This document shows positions 19,262 through 28,705 of a DNA stretch of 64,000 nt, in pieces. The position numbers and the translations under genes were made by a program. The notes under the pieces were generated by a model, which was not told the DNA's origin, ran no database searches, and saw nothing but the letters and a program-made list of their open reading frames with translations. The number at the start of each line of letters is the position of its first letter. The first letter of the stretch is position 1. Origin of the DNA: Candidatus Magasanikbacteria bacterium RIFOXYC2_FULL_42_28 (GTDB taxonomy: Bacteria > Patescibacteriota > Patescibacteriia > Magasanikbacterales > GWA2-37-8); NCBI GenBank assembly GCA_001784435.1, contig MFQZ01000010.1:169960-233959 (forward strand), written 5' to 3'.

Positions 19262-20007
19262 CATTCGATTCGTTTGTCATTCCCGTGAAAATGGGAATCC
19301 AGTCGTCAATTAAAGACAATCTATTTCCCATTTTTTGCGTGGACTGCGGACGGGAAGGGGAGACGTGGTGTGAAAACTGCCGGCGACAATTTGATGTTGC
19401 CGGTATTTTATTTTGTCCGGTTTGTTCTTTGCAGGCAGACAATGGCAAGACCCATTCCACTTGCGCGCGCGCCAATTGGCATTTGGACGGTTTGGTATCT
19501 TTGGTGCCTTATCGCGACAATTCGCCTTTGACACGGTTAATTAAACAATTAAAATATCATTTTGTTTCTGATAACGCCGATTGGATGGCGGATATTTTAC
19601 GAATTTGGTTGGCGTTTAATAGCGAGCGCGTTAAATTTATTTTTAATAATCGGATAATTGTGCCGGTACCGTTACACCGTCGTCGTTTGCGCGAGCGGGG
19701 ATTTAATCAGGCCGAATTAATCGCGGAAGCGTTAAGATTAGTTTTGTCAGAGCGCGGAATTGAAGATAATGTCAGCACTAAATTAGAACGCAGTCGTTAT
19801 ACTAGCGCGCAAGCGCGACTACACGAAGAAGCGAGAGAAAAAAATATGCTCTCTGCTTTTAAATGGCCGGATCAAGAGGTTTGCCCGCGCGCGGTGGTTT
19901 TGGTTGACGATGTTTACACTACCGGCGCCACGATGAATATGGCCGCTGGCGCGCTTAAAGCCGTGGGCGCGCAATCGGTGTGGGGGTTTACTTTATTGCG
20001 TGGGTAA
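19258..20007 (+). CDS. comF: ComF family protein (double zinc ribbon + phosphoribosyltransferase)
   Basis: LFP.FCVDC..CENC..CPVC, VPVPLH..R.RERGFNQAE, LVDDVYTTGAT; ATGA overlap with the upstream stop at 19258-19261. Confidence 0.9.
   Translation: MTFDSFVIPVKMGIQSSIKDNLFPIFCVDCGREGETWCENCRRQFDVAGILFCPVCSLQADNGKTHSTCARANWHLDGLVSLVPYRDNSPLTRLIKQLKYHFVSDNADWMADILRIWLAFNSERVKFIFNNRIIVPVPLHRRRLRERGFNQAELIAEALRLVLSERGIEDNVSTKLERSRYTSAQARLHEEAREKNMLSAFKWPDQEVCPRAVVLVDDVYTTGATMNMAAGALKAVGAQSVWGFTLLRG
19275..19309. repeat. Half GTCATTCCC...GGGAATCCAG palindromic element in comF 5' end
   Basis: 32/35 identical to 61845-61879. Confidence 0.85.
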
Positions 20008-20049
20008 TTGACTTTTATTGTTTATTTGATATAATTATAGGCGCAATAC

Positions 20050-20143
20050 GGAGAGGTGGCTGAGCGGTCGAAAGCGGCAGGTTGCTAACCTGTTATACGG
20101 TTGTAAAGCCGTATCGAGGGTTCAAATCCCTCCCTCTCCGCCA
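20050..20143 (+). tRNA. tRNA-Ser(GCT)
   Basis: GGAGAGG/CCTCTCC acceptor stem, anticodon loop TTGCTAA, long variable arm, GGTTCAAATCC, encoded CCA. Confidence 0.97.
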
Positions 20144-20181
20144 AAAATAATAACCCACAAGTGTGGGTTATTATTATTTTT
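20144..20181. terminator. Bidirectional intrinsic terminator
   Basis: AATAATAACCCACA-AG-TGTGGGTTATTATT between convergent genes. Confidence 0.75.
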
Positions 20182-20191
20182 GGATAATTTT

Positions 20192-21919
20192 TTATTTCCA
20201 CTCATCCGCCCCAATATCATAAGCACTGCCTTGCGGGCGAGTTTGTCCATCAATATCATTAGTGACAGCGCCAATTGTTTTGCCGGCATCAACTACGCCG
20301 GCAATATTTTGTTTTAGACGTAAATTGCCTGATTGATAATCGACAAACATATCAGCTGTAGCTTGCGAGTGGTTATTTGATAAATCAGCCGAGCCATTAT
20401 CGCGCTTGGCGATTGATTTGTTAACCAAATTATTATAAATTTCCACATTTTTTGTGTCAGCGAATCGATATTCAATCGCCGCCCAATAATTATTTTCCAT
20501 GAAAATGGTATTATTGTAAACTTTCGCGTCCGGAGCGTTCCAAAGGCCAATGCCAACATCGCCGGCAGTGGCGTTGTGGTAAATCATATTATTGCGAATT
20601 ATGCCACCGGTGTGTCTGTTGCTTAAGCCAAAGCCAATGCCACGATCGCTGTTAATGATGGTATTTCGTTCCACGAGCGTGCCTTCGGAATCATTCCAAA
20701 AATGAATAGCGTATTCCGCGATAGTTGAATTGGGGCTACGGATATTTTTAAAGGTATTCCCGCGGATTATCCAATTGACTGAATTGTGCGCGTCAATTCC
20801 GCCGATGTAATTTTGTGGTCCAATGCCGGCGGTGTATTCAAACAGCGAACATTCCACAATGCTATTTTCCGATTTGATTTCTTTGTGTTTATTATCCACC
20901 GATACTTTTAATAATTGTTCGTAGGCGTCAAATAGTCGGACATTGTGGACCAATAAATTATCCGCGTCTTTTTCACCAAATACTTGGATGACATGATTGG
21001 CCACTTGGCCGATGCTCATATCGGCAATAGTAACATTGTCGCCGATGACGCCAAAAATATGGCTGGCCCCACCTTTCATTTTTGGACTTTTGATAAGGAC
21101 TTTATTACGGTCGCCGGACGCGCTTCTAATCGTAACGTTATTTTGGTAGATAAACAGAAAATGTTCGGCCAAATATTCGCCATCATTAAGAAGTATGGTC
21201 ACATTACCGCTGTTGTCATTGGCATTTTTTACCGCGGTTCTTAGTTCTTTCCAGTTAGAAACAGTGACAGTGGCACCGGTTGGGGGCGGAAGTGCCGCGC
21301 AGGCCGAAGATGCCAATACTGGTGTTGGTGGATTGGGGGTTGGCGTTGGAGTTGGTGCTGGCGCAGGAGGCAGAGGTGGTGTAGGTGTTGGTGTAGGCGC
21401 TGGTGCGGGTACGGATGCCGGAGTAGACGCAGGATTGGGTTTAGCCGTTGATTTAGGCGCAACGACCTTAGCTATTTTAGTGGTTATTTTTTTCGGTGCC
21501 ACCGGGGCAGTGGCGTTTTTTAAAATTTTTTCTGGGAAATTAGTGATGATAATTAATCCGCCTAAATAATATTCCGGTCGGGTGGGGTGAAAGCCGACAA
21601 AAACAACCACCTTACTGTCGGTTTTTAAATTTGCAGATTTAGCCGGGACAAGTTTTGTTCCGCTTATCGCCAACACCGGCGTTTTATCTTTATAAATAAT
21701 TTTATCACGTCCGTCTTTGGTTTTTGGAATGGTAATAACTTTGTTGGCCGTGTCTATTTTTTTGATAACGGTTTGGATCATCAGCGGTTTGTCCGGCGCG
21801 CCGATGGTTTGGGCTTGAACACTGCCGGTATTAGTGAGAGATGAATGTTTAATAAATAAAAAAACCAAGACCGTGATCACGGCGCCAACTAAAATTAAAT
21901 TTATTTTATGTTTAAACAT
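20192..21919 (-). CDS. Membrane-anchored/secreted right-handed beta-helix (pectin lyase-like) protein with Pro/Thr-rich linker
   Basis: N-terminal hydrophobic segment, PAPAPTPTPTP linker, repeated IRGNTF/VERNTI/IRNNMI/VYNNTI rungs, C-terminal DIDGQTRPQGSAYDIGADE. Confidence 0.8.
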   Translation of the reverse strand: MFKHKINLILVGAVITVLVFLFIKHSSLTNTGSVQAQTIGAPDKPLMIQTVIKKIDTANKVITIPKTKDGRDKIIYKDKTPVLAISGTKLVPAKSANLKTDSKVVVFVGFHPTRPEYYLGGLIIITNFPEKILKNATAPVAPKKITTKIAKVVAPKSTAKPNPASTPASVPAPAPTPTPTPPLPPAPAPTPTPTPNPPTPVLASSACAALPPPTGATVTVSNWKELRTAVKNANDNSGNVTILLNDGEYLAEHFLFIYQNNVTIRSASGDRNKVLIKSPKMKGGASHIFGVIGDNVTIADMSIGQVANHVIQVFGEKDADNLLVHNVRLFDAYEQLLKVSVDNKHKEIKSENSIVECSLFEYTAGIGPQNYIGGIDAHNSVNWIIRGNTFKNIRSPNSTIAEYAIHFWNDSEGTLVERNTIINSDRGIGFGLSNRHTGGIIRNNMIYHNATAGDVGIGLWNAPDAKVYNNTIFMENNYWAAIEYRFADTKNVEIYNNLVNKSIAKRDNGSADLSNNHSQATADMFVDYQSGNLRLKQNIAGVVDAGKTIGAVTNDIDGQTRPQGSAYDIGADEWK

Positions 21920-21961
21920 ATTTCTATCCTAACACGGATTTTGGCCTTTGGCAAATAAAAA

Positions 21962-21986
21962 ACCGCTCATACAGTATATGAGCGGT
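21962..21986 (-). terminator. Intrinsic terminator after 22002..22310
   Basis: ACCGCTCATA-CAGTA-TATGAGCGGT preceded by an A-run (U-run on the minus strand). Confidence 0.65.
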
Positions 21987-22001
21987 ATCACGATTAATTT
22001 T

Positions 22002-22310
22002 TTAAGCCGCCAAGCCATCTTCTTCCCGCAGTGCCTTTTCTTCTTTTTCTATTTCTGCGAGCATTTGTTGCCTTTTTAGCGCTGTTTGAAAAGCAGTAAG
22101 ATCATCAACTTCTACCCCCTTTATTTCGTCCGGATCAAGTGGTATGGCGCCAATATCCGTTATTTCTTCTAAATTATTCAAACTACGATCAATATCTGCT
22201 TCACGAATATCGTCGAGCACCGTCCCGCGTTGGCTTTTTTTCGGGTTAAGAAATTCTTTGGCTAATTTTTCACTATCGGGGATGCCCATTTCTGTTTCTC
22301 TTAAATTCAT
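22002..22310 (-). CDS. Hypothetical acidic protein
   Basis: 102-aa ORF with divergent promoter-like sequence upstream and terminator downstream. Confidence 0.65.
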   Translation of the reverse strand: MNLRETEMGIPDSEKLAKEFLNPKKSQRGTVLDDIREADIDRSLNNLEEITDIGAIPLDPDEIKGVEVDDLTAFQTALKRQQMLAEIEKEEKALREEDGLAA

Positions 22311-22397
22311 ATAATTTTTTTATTAAATTTTCGCTAATGTTAGCGTAAAACAATGGTATTATAGCACATTTTAGCATTTTTGTCAATACCCCCACTC

Positions 22398-22425
22398 TTG
22401 ACATATTTTTTAAACCTGATATAAT
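22398..22425 (+). promoter_or_regulatory. rplJL promoter
   Basis: TTGACA 22398, 16-bp spacer, TG-n-TATAAT 22420. Confidence 0.8.
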
Positions 22426-22433
22426 GCTTTTAA

Positions 22434-22545
22434 CCATAGACAGCAGGGGCTCAAAAAGCTTAATCATCCTGCCGAGGTGCAAAAGTGATTTATCACTTCA
22501 ATTGTCGATTTGCGCTTATAGGTCTGTGGAAAACACAGATTTTTT
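22434..22545 (+). promoter_or_regulatory. Ribosomal protein L10 leader
   Basis: CCATAGACAGCAGGGG...CTTAATCATCCTGCCGAGG matches the L10-leader core and lies upstream of rplJ; 3' limit approximate. Confidence 0.85.
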
Positions 22546-22651
22546 ATTTACTGGCTTGAAAATTTTGATCCGCCTCGGGCGGAGAAAAAATTTTCACTAG
22601 CAGTAATTATCCCGGCCTTGGCCGGGATAATCCATAGTAATATAGGATAGT

Positions 22652-23179
22652 ATGCCTAAATCAAAACAACAAAAAGAAACCAGTATCCAGTCGCTCGTGG
22701 CCGGTATTAAATCCGCCAAGACGACTGTATTCGCCAACTTTCAAGGCGTGAAGGTGAAGGACTCCGAAAAATTGCGCCGTGATTGTCGCGCTGGTAATAT
22801 TACCGTGCTGGCCACCAAAAAAACTCTTTTACGTCGGGCTCTTTCCGAAGTGGGCGTACAAGATGTTGATACGAAAATATTTTCCGGCGGTGTGGCCGTA
22901 TATATGGGCCAAGATGAAATTTCCGCGCCCAAGGCCGTGGCAAATTTTGCCAAAACCAACGAGTTGTCCGCTATCTTTGGTGGATTGTTTGAAGGGAAAT
23001 TTGTCAATGCGTCGCAGATCAAAGCATTGGCGTCACTCCCAACCAAACAGCAATTACTCGGTCAATTGGTTGGCACCTTAAATGCGCCGATATCCGGCTT
23101 TGTCAATGTGTTAGCCGGCAATTTACGTGGACTTGTTTCTGTTCTTAATAATATTTCCGAGGCGAAAGCCAAAGTATAG
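22652..23179 (+). CDS. rplJ: 50S ribosomal protein L10
   Basis: KKTLLRRAL, LASLPTKQQLLGQLVGTLNAPISGFV. Confidence 0.97.
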   Translation: MPKSKQQKETSIQSLVAGIKSAKTTVFANFQGVKVKDSEKLRRDCRAGNITVLATKKTLLRRALSEVGVQDVDTKIFSGGVAVYMGQDEISAPKAVANFAKTNELSAIFGGLFEGKFVNASQIKALASLPTKQQLLGQLVGTLNAPISGFVNVLAGNLRGLVSVLNNISEAKAKV

Positions 23180-23232
23180 CCCTGAAGTAAAAAATCATTT
23201 TCTACTTCACGAGTTTAATTTAATATAAATAT

Positions 23233-23637
23233 ATGACTGACGAACAAAAAGTAGTTGAGGTGCCGGCCAAGTTCCAGGCCCTCGTAAGCGAGATTGAAAA
23301 GATGTCTGTTTTGGATCTTTCCGAATTAGTTAAAGTGTTAGAAGATAAATTTGGCGTTTCCGCCGCCGCTCCAGCCATGATGATGGCCGCCGCTCCGGCC
23401 GCTGGTGGCGCTGCCGCCGAAGAGAAAACCGAATTTAACGTTGAGTTGACTGAAGCCGGTGCACAAAAAATCAACGTCATTAAGGCCGTCAAAGAATTGA
23501 CCGGCTTGGGCTTGGCTGATGCCAAAGCGATCGTTGACGCCGCTCCGAAGATGATTAAAGAAGGTGTTAAAAAAGAAGACGCCGAAGCGATGAAGAAGAA
23601 AATTGAAGAAGCGGGCGGTAAGGTGACGTTAAAGTAA
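23233..23637 (+). CDS. rplL: 50S ribosomal protein L7/L12
   Basis: [38 protein letters not shown]. Confidence 0.98.
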   Translation: MTDEQKVVEVPAKFQALVSEIEKMSVLDLSELVKVLEDKFGVSAAAPAMMMAAAPAAGGAAAEEKTEFNVELTEAGAQKINVIKAVKELTGLGLADAKAIVDAAPKMIKEGVKKEDAEAMKKKIEEAGGKVTLK

Positions 23638-23650
23638 TTACAGCGTAATT

Positions 23651-23688
23651 AAAAAAATCCCATGATGTAAATTCGTGGGATTTTTTTG
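23651..23688. terminator. Bidirectional terminator after rplL
   Basis: AAAAAAATCCCATGA...TCGTGGGATTTTTTT. Confidence 0.75.
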
Positions 23689-23689
23689 T

Positions 23690-25954
23690 TTATGGCAAAT
23701 TCACTTGATATAATTTGCCGTCATCGGCGATAAACGCGCGTTTGTTGGCTTCTTCCACTATTAGTCCTTCCGGATTTTTCCAATCTTGATGCTCAATTTG
23801 CGCTACTAAACGGCCGTCTTTATTAACTATAATTAACCGTTTGCCAACTGAATCCAAAATATATAAATTATTTATATCATTGTAAGTCCAAAGTTCGCTG
23901 GCCGAAAAGAGTAGGGGGTATAATCCCTGCAAAGCAAATGTTTGTTTGGCACCTCCGGCCCATTTGCCAATTTCGCCACTGCTGTGAGATAGATACAGAT
24001 CACCATCAATCGTTAGGTCAAAGGCGTCGGACAAAGAGTCCTGATCGGATTTTGACCATTGTTGACCCGGTCCAAAACCGTTGGTGATACTGTCGTGGCG
24101 ATAAATTTGACGGCTCGTAGCGTCCACGCTGTATAAGCGTCGGTTATACACCACCACTGTTGTTATTTTGGGATTATCGCCCGGGAAATCACTGTTGATT
24201 TTTTTTACCAGATTTTCGCCTGGCAGATATTGCGCCAAAGATGATTCATTATATAAAAGAACGGCATAGTCGTTTTCTTTGGGCACCGCCACGTCGTTAA
24301 ATCCCGGTAAACCGGTGTCGATCAGGTTGGTTTCTTTGGTTGATAGATCATAAAGGTACAATGAGGGCGACGACGAGGAATAAAGCGCGAGAGTGTTTTT
24401 AATTTTAAATAAGCGATTGGCGCCGGTATCGGGCCATTCTGACAAAATTACGGCGTTAGCGGCTGATATTTTGCGTAAACGCGCGAGTAATTCATCGGTC
24501 TGTTCGTTTAAAGCCAAGCATTGTTGTTTTTGGATTTTTGTTTCGCAATTCATCGTGTCTAAAATATTTTTAGCAGTAGCCAGTTCGGTCAGCGCGGCAT
24601 TGTCATCGCCGTAAACCAAGGCGCTTTCGGCACTATCTTTTTTAACAGTAACAGCGGAAAGATTGTCGTTAAAAATTTTTGCCTGTTCTTTTTCCAGGCG
24701 ACGAGTATTAAGATAAAAAATACTAATAATAAATATGACAACGATGAGAGTCGCCGCGACAAACAGCAGTTTGGTTATTTTGGGCATTTGATTGAAATAG
24801 AGCCGGATATTTTGAATTTGTCGACGCCAGTCGTTTAAGGTATTTTGCCGGCGATTTTGAAAATTGGTGGCGACGAAAAATAGTGTCATTATAAATCGGC
24901 CGATTTCGATAATTAATTTCGCGATTAATACTAAGAACCACCAGATGCCCAAGACCGTCAAGCGGATTGCTTTGGCGATATAGGCCAAAGCAATTTTAAT
25001 TCCGGCGGTGGAATTGTTTGGTTCGCGTCCGGCGACGGATTGGTGGCGCGAATGCAAATGAGTGGAATTTATTTGGGTGGGGGTGTTAGCCGGCGCGACT
25101 CGGCGCAACGGTTCGTTTTGTGGTTGTCCGTGGAGCGCGGTTTGGACGCGTTCATTCAAACCCGGGAATAGTGAAGGTGCCAATGTGCTGGCAGTGCGTT
25201 TTTCAGTGGAAAAGAGATTTTTTAAAGACCGTTCCGATTGCCCTTTATTTGGGTTGGGCGGGTTATCTTTGCCTACGGCCAGGGTAGCGACAGTGTCGGT
25301 TAAGTGCAAGATGATACCACCAAACGATAAATTATTGCGTAACTCTCCCAAAACTTTTTCTAAATGTTGCGCGCTTTGACGGGGCGGGCGAGCGGTGATG
25401 ATTTTTTGGAGACGGTCGCCGTTAAAATAGCGCAAAACATTTGGCGTACTGACAAACATAAAATCGTTGGGGCTGATTTTGCCTTGGATCAGTTGTGAAA
25501 ATAATGGTGGCTCCTCGTCATTTTCTTCCGCGCCCGATTCGGTTAAATCCATTCGTTCGTATGATCCGGCGCGATTATTGTAAAATAGAAAAATTTGCGG
25601 TTGTCCATGGAAAGAAAAAGACGCTTCTTTTTGGCGGATAACTCCAATCGCGCAATGCAGGCCGTCGGTGGTTGTTAATACCCAGCGTTCGCGGTTGATT
25701 TTTTTGAGAACTGTTTCCAAGCCGTGTTCTCCATCTGTTTCCGTTAAATTATAATATTCGCTTTCCGCGTCTTCAATTATTTTTTGAACAGCCACAATGT
25801 CGCGCTCCGAAGCGTTGTTCATTTCACAGACGGCAAAAAAATTACCCTTGGACATTTCTTCGGGCGTGGACGGTTCGGTGATGTGCAGGAGCACGTGCGA
25901 TTGTCGGGGTTTACCGCCCTCGACAAAAAATTCTTGTAATTGCAAACTTTCCAT
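23690..25954 (-). CDS. Membrane protein: degenerate PP2C-like N-terminus, TM segments, C-terminal beta-propeller
   Basis: 754 aa with two hydrophobic stretches; YNRRLYSVD / IDGDLYL / LYILD blade-like repeats. The N-terminal fold call is tentative. Confidence 0.6.
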   Translation of the reverse strand: MESLQLQEFFVEGGKPRQSHVLLHITEPSTPEEMSKGNFFAVCEMNNASERDIVAVQKIIEDAESEYYNLTETDGEHGLETVLKKINRERWVLTTTDGLHCAIGVIRQKEASFSFHGQPQIFLFYNNRAGSYERMDLTESGAEENDEEPPLFSQLIQGKISPNDFMFVSTPNVLRYFNGDRLQKIITARPPRQSAQHLEKVLGELRNNLSFGGIILHLTDTVATLAVGKDNPPNPNKGQSERSLKNLFSTEKRTASTLAPSLFPGLNERVQTALHGQPQNEPLRRVAPANTPTQINSTHLHSRHQSVAGREPNNSTAGIKIALAYIAKAIRLTVLGIWWFLVLIAKLIIEIGRFIMTLFFVATNFQNRRQNTLNDWRRQIQNIRLYFNQMPKITKLLFVAATLIVVIFIISIFYLNTRRLEKEQAKIFNDNLSAVTVKKDSAESALVYGDDNAALTELATAKNILDTMNCETKIQKQQCLALNEQTDELLARLRKISAANAVILSEWPDTGANRLFKIKNTLALYSSSSPSLYLYDLSTKETNLIDTGLPGFNDVAVPKENDYAVLLYNESSLAQYLPGENLVKKINSDFPGDNPKITTVVVYNRRLYSVDATSRQIYRHDSITNGFGPGQQWSKSDQDSLSDAFDLTIDGDLYLSHSSGEIGKWAGGAKQTFALQGLYPLLFSASELWTYNDINNLYILDSVGKRLIIVNKDGRLVAQIEHQDWKNPEGLIVEEANKRAFIADDGKLYQVNLP

Positions 25955-26099
25955 AAGTAGATAGAGGACTAATTTTGACTTTTAACCACATAATTAGTAT
26001 ACTATATCTATCAAGAAAAACCAAGCCCCGACGAACAAGAGGTGTTGTTGGGGCAGGGAGTTTTCCCCAGTTGAATTAACACTTAATTTAAGACAAAAT

Positions 26100-26696
26100 A
26101 TGCTTGAACACATTATTGGTTCAACCACGCGTTTGAAATTATTACAGATTTTTTTTAACGCTCCGGATCGTTCTTTTTTTGTGCGGGAATTATCCCGTTT
26201 GGCCGACACTCAATTAAACGGGGTACGGCGAGAATTGGCGAATTTTGAAGATATTGAATTGGTTAAACAAGTGGAGGCCGACAAGACCTCGGTAGATGAA
26301 TTGGGCACGGAACGTTCCAAGTATTATCGCCTTAATCCGGATTTTTATTTGTTGGAAGAATTAAAGGCCTTGTTACTAAAAGCGCGCGTTTTAGAAGAAC
26401 AGCATTATGTTGATTTAATCAAGAATCGCGCGGGTGAAATTAAACTTTTTTTGTTGATGGGGCGTTTTACCGGCAATGTTGGCGCGTCTACGGATATGTT
26501 TATTGTCGGCAAAATTAAGCCGGTGGCTCTGGCTAAAATTATTCGCGATTTTGAAAAATTTTTGGGCCAACCGTTGCGTTACACTTTAATGGAAGCCAAA
26601 GAATACGCGGACCGACGGGAAATCGGCGATAAGTTTTTGTATAGTGTTTTTGAATCCCGCTACCGAGTGGTAGTGGACGAAGGAATGTTGCGATAG
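26100..26696 (+). CDS. Winged-helix protein with C-terminal nucleotidyltransferase-like domain
   Basis: GSTTRLKLL.IFF...FFVRELSR....LNGVRREL; G.F......TDMFIVG. Confidence 0.75.
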   Translation: MLEHIIGSTTRLKLLQIFFNAPDRSFFVRELSRLADTQLNGVRRELANFEDIELVKQVEADKTSVDELGTERSKYYRLNPDFYLLEELKALLLKARVLEEQHYVDLIKNRAGEIKLFLLMGRFTGNVGASTDMFIVGKIKPVALAKIIRDFEKFLGQPLRYTLMEAKEYADRREIGDKFLYSVFESRYRVVVDEGMLR

Positions 26697-26700
26697 TAAT

Positions 26701-27072
26701 ATGTTTTTAGTAATTGATTCTTCCGCGCCCGACCAGGTAAATTTATCATTATGGTTGAATACCGTTTGGGTTCACGGTTACTTTTTGGCATCCGCGCCCC
26801 TGCTCGTAAGTATTGACAAGTTTTTAAAACAACAACAAAAGACCGTGGCGGATTTAAAAGGGGTAGTCGTTGTGGTTGGGCGCGGTCGATTTACGGCTAC
26901 GCGTGTGGCTACTACCGTTGCCAATACTTTGGCTTACGTTTTAAATATCACTGTGATCGCGGTTACCGAAATTGATTGGGAAAAATTGCCGGAACAAATT
27001 AGGTCCGCGCCGACTAACCAATATGCGAGCGCGCTATATAGTGGTGAAGCGCATATCGGCCGGAAAAAGTAA
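26701..27072 (+). CDS. tsaB: Short TsaB-like protein
   Basis: LVIDSS start, LL.SIDKFL, VVVGRGRFTATRVA..VANTLA (cf. GPGSFTGLR); only 123 aa. Confidence 0.7.
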   Translation: MFLVIDSSAPDQVNLSLWLNTVWVHGYFLASAPLLVSIDKFLKQQQKTVADLKGVVVVVGRGRFTATRVATTVANTLAYVLNITVIAVTEIDWEKLPEQIRSAPTNQYASALYSGEAHIGRKK

Positions 27073-27075
27073 TTT

Positions 27076-28560
27076 ATGCTTTCTAATTATCAGCGCTATC
27101 GGTTATACGAAATTTTACCAGGGGCTTCTATTTGGGCGACTTTGATTATTAGTGTTGTTTTGTCATTTGTCAAACCACTCTGGATGATTTACGCGGTGCT
27201 GGTATTTGACGTTTATTGGGTTTTGCGCGTGGCTTATTTTAGTTTGTATTTGATATTATCTTGGCGGCGATTTCGACGGGCACTCCAAATTGATTGGTTC
27301 GCGAAGCTCGGCGCTACTTTTCCTAATTGGGAAAAACGTCAGAATGTTATTTTTTTACCACTGTATAATGAAGATTGGCCGGTAGTTGACGAGACCTTAA
27401 AAGCGCTGTCTGCTTCCACTTATCCGGCGGGAAAATTGTTTGTGGTTATTTCCGGCGAGGCACGCCAACAAGCGCATTGGGATAAAATTCAGATTTTAAT
27501 TAACAATAATTACGCGGGCCAGTTTGCCGATTTGATTTTTTATACTCACCCGGATGGTTTAATAAATGAAATACCGGGCAAAGGTTCTAATATCCATTTT
27601 GCCGAGAAAGAATTTAAGAAATACGCCGATAGTCGCGGTTGGCAATATGGCGATATAGTCGTTTCGGTTTTTGACATTGATACCGTGGTCCATCCGCAGT
27701 ATTTCGCTCACCTCACTTTTCTATACTGCTCTCACCCCAATCCCGCCAAGAGCTCTTTTCAGCCGGTAACTTTATATAATAATAATTTGTGGGAGTCGCC
27801 TTCAATTCTGCGCGTGATGGCGTTTGGCACTACTTTTTGGATGCTTTTTTCCGTGGCGCGTTTGGATAATCTGGTCACTTTTTCTTCGCACAGCATGAGT
27901 TTTCAGGCGATTGTTGATTGTGGCGGACACGCGGCTGATATTGTGAGCGAGGACTCGCGCATATTTTATCAATGTTGGTTAAAAAATAATGGCAACTACG
28001 AAGTAACGCCGATGTATATTCCGGTTTCGATGGATACCGTGCGCGCCGATAATTGGTTCAAAAGTTTAAAAAATTTATATTTGCAACAACGGCGTTGGGC
28101 GTGGGGAGCGGAAAATATCCCGTATCTTTTGTACCAGTTTAAAAAGCACCAAGAAATTCCTTGGTTTAAAAAGTTTATAATTTTATTTCACGAATGGGAA
28201 GGTAAGTGGAGTTGGGCGGTCGTTACAATTTTGATTACGGTTTTGGGGCGATTACCACTCTGGCTCGCGAGTGATGATGTTAGACGGAGCGCTTTATTTT
28301 TTAATACCCCGTATGTTTTGGAAAGTTTGATGACCATTGCCATGCTTGGGTTATTGATTTCCGCCGCGATGGGGATGTTGTTATTACCGCCCCGTCCCGT
28401 TCATCACGGCCACCACAAATATTTGTTTATGTTGGCGCAATGGCTATTGGTGCCGGTTTCACTTATTTTGTTTTCCGCGTGGCCCTGTTTGGATGCTGTT
28501 ACGCACCTAATGTTTGGCAAGTATTTGGGGTTCAATGTTTCCCAAAAGAGCCGGGCGTGA
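27076..28560 (+). CDS. Membrane glycosyltransferase family 2
   Basis: PLYNE, GKGSN, DID, SED, QQRRWAWG; TM helices at both ends. Confidence 0.88.
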   Translation: MLSNYQRYRLYEILPGASIWATLIISVVLSFVKPLWMIYAVLVFDVYWVLRVAYFSLYLILSWRRFRRALQIDWFAKLGATFPNWEKRQNVIFLPLYNEDWPVVDETLKALSASTYPAGKLFVVISGEARQQAHWDKIQILINNNYAGQFADLIFYTHPDGLINEIPGKGSNIHFAEKEFKKYADSRGWQYGDIVVSVFDIDTVVHPQYFAHLTFLYCSHPNPAKSSFQPVTLYNNNLWESPSILRVMAFGTTFWMLFSVARLDNLVTFSSHSMSFQAIVDCGGHAADIVSEDSRIFYQCWLKNNGNYEVTPMYIPVSMDTVRADNWFKSLKNLYLQQRRWAWGAENIPYLLYQFKKHQEIPWFKKFIILFHEWEGKWSWAVVTILITVLGRLPLWLASDDVRRSALFFNTPYVLESLMTIAMLGLLISAAMGMLLLPPRPVHHGHHKYLFMLAQWLLVPVSLILFSAWPCLDAVTHLMFGKYLGFNVSQKSRA

Positions 28561-28577
28561 TATGATATTGAGGTGAT

Positions 28578-28693
28578 AATGTCAAATTTCCAATTTCCAA
28601 TGTCAAATCAAGCCCAAAATCCAAAACCCAAATTACAAATTGACATTTGAGCTTTGATCTTGATTTGAAATTGGAAATTTGGATTTTGAAATT
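28578..28693. repeat. Heptamer-periodic imperfect inverted repeat (AATGTCA/ATTTCCA type)
   Basis: AATGTCAAATTTCCAATTTCCAATGTCAAATCAA...TTGATTTGAAATTGGAAATTTGGATTTTGAAATT; related copy at 32292. Confidence 0.8.
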
Positions 28694-28705
28694 TTAAGTT
28701 TAATT

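Noticed and set aside
21195-21569. Gly/Val-rich plus-strand ORF
   Set aside because: Reverse complement of the Pro/Thr linker of 20192..21919.
26701-27072. tsaB as a pseudogene
   Set aside because: Short but has a clean start and stop with tight operon spacing and no downstream remnant; more likely a naturally reduced form.
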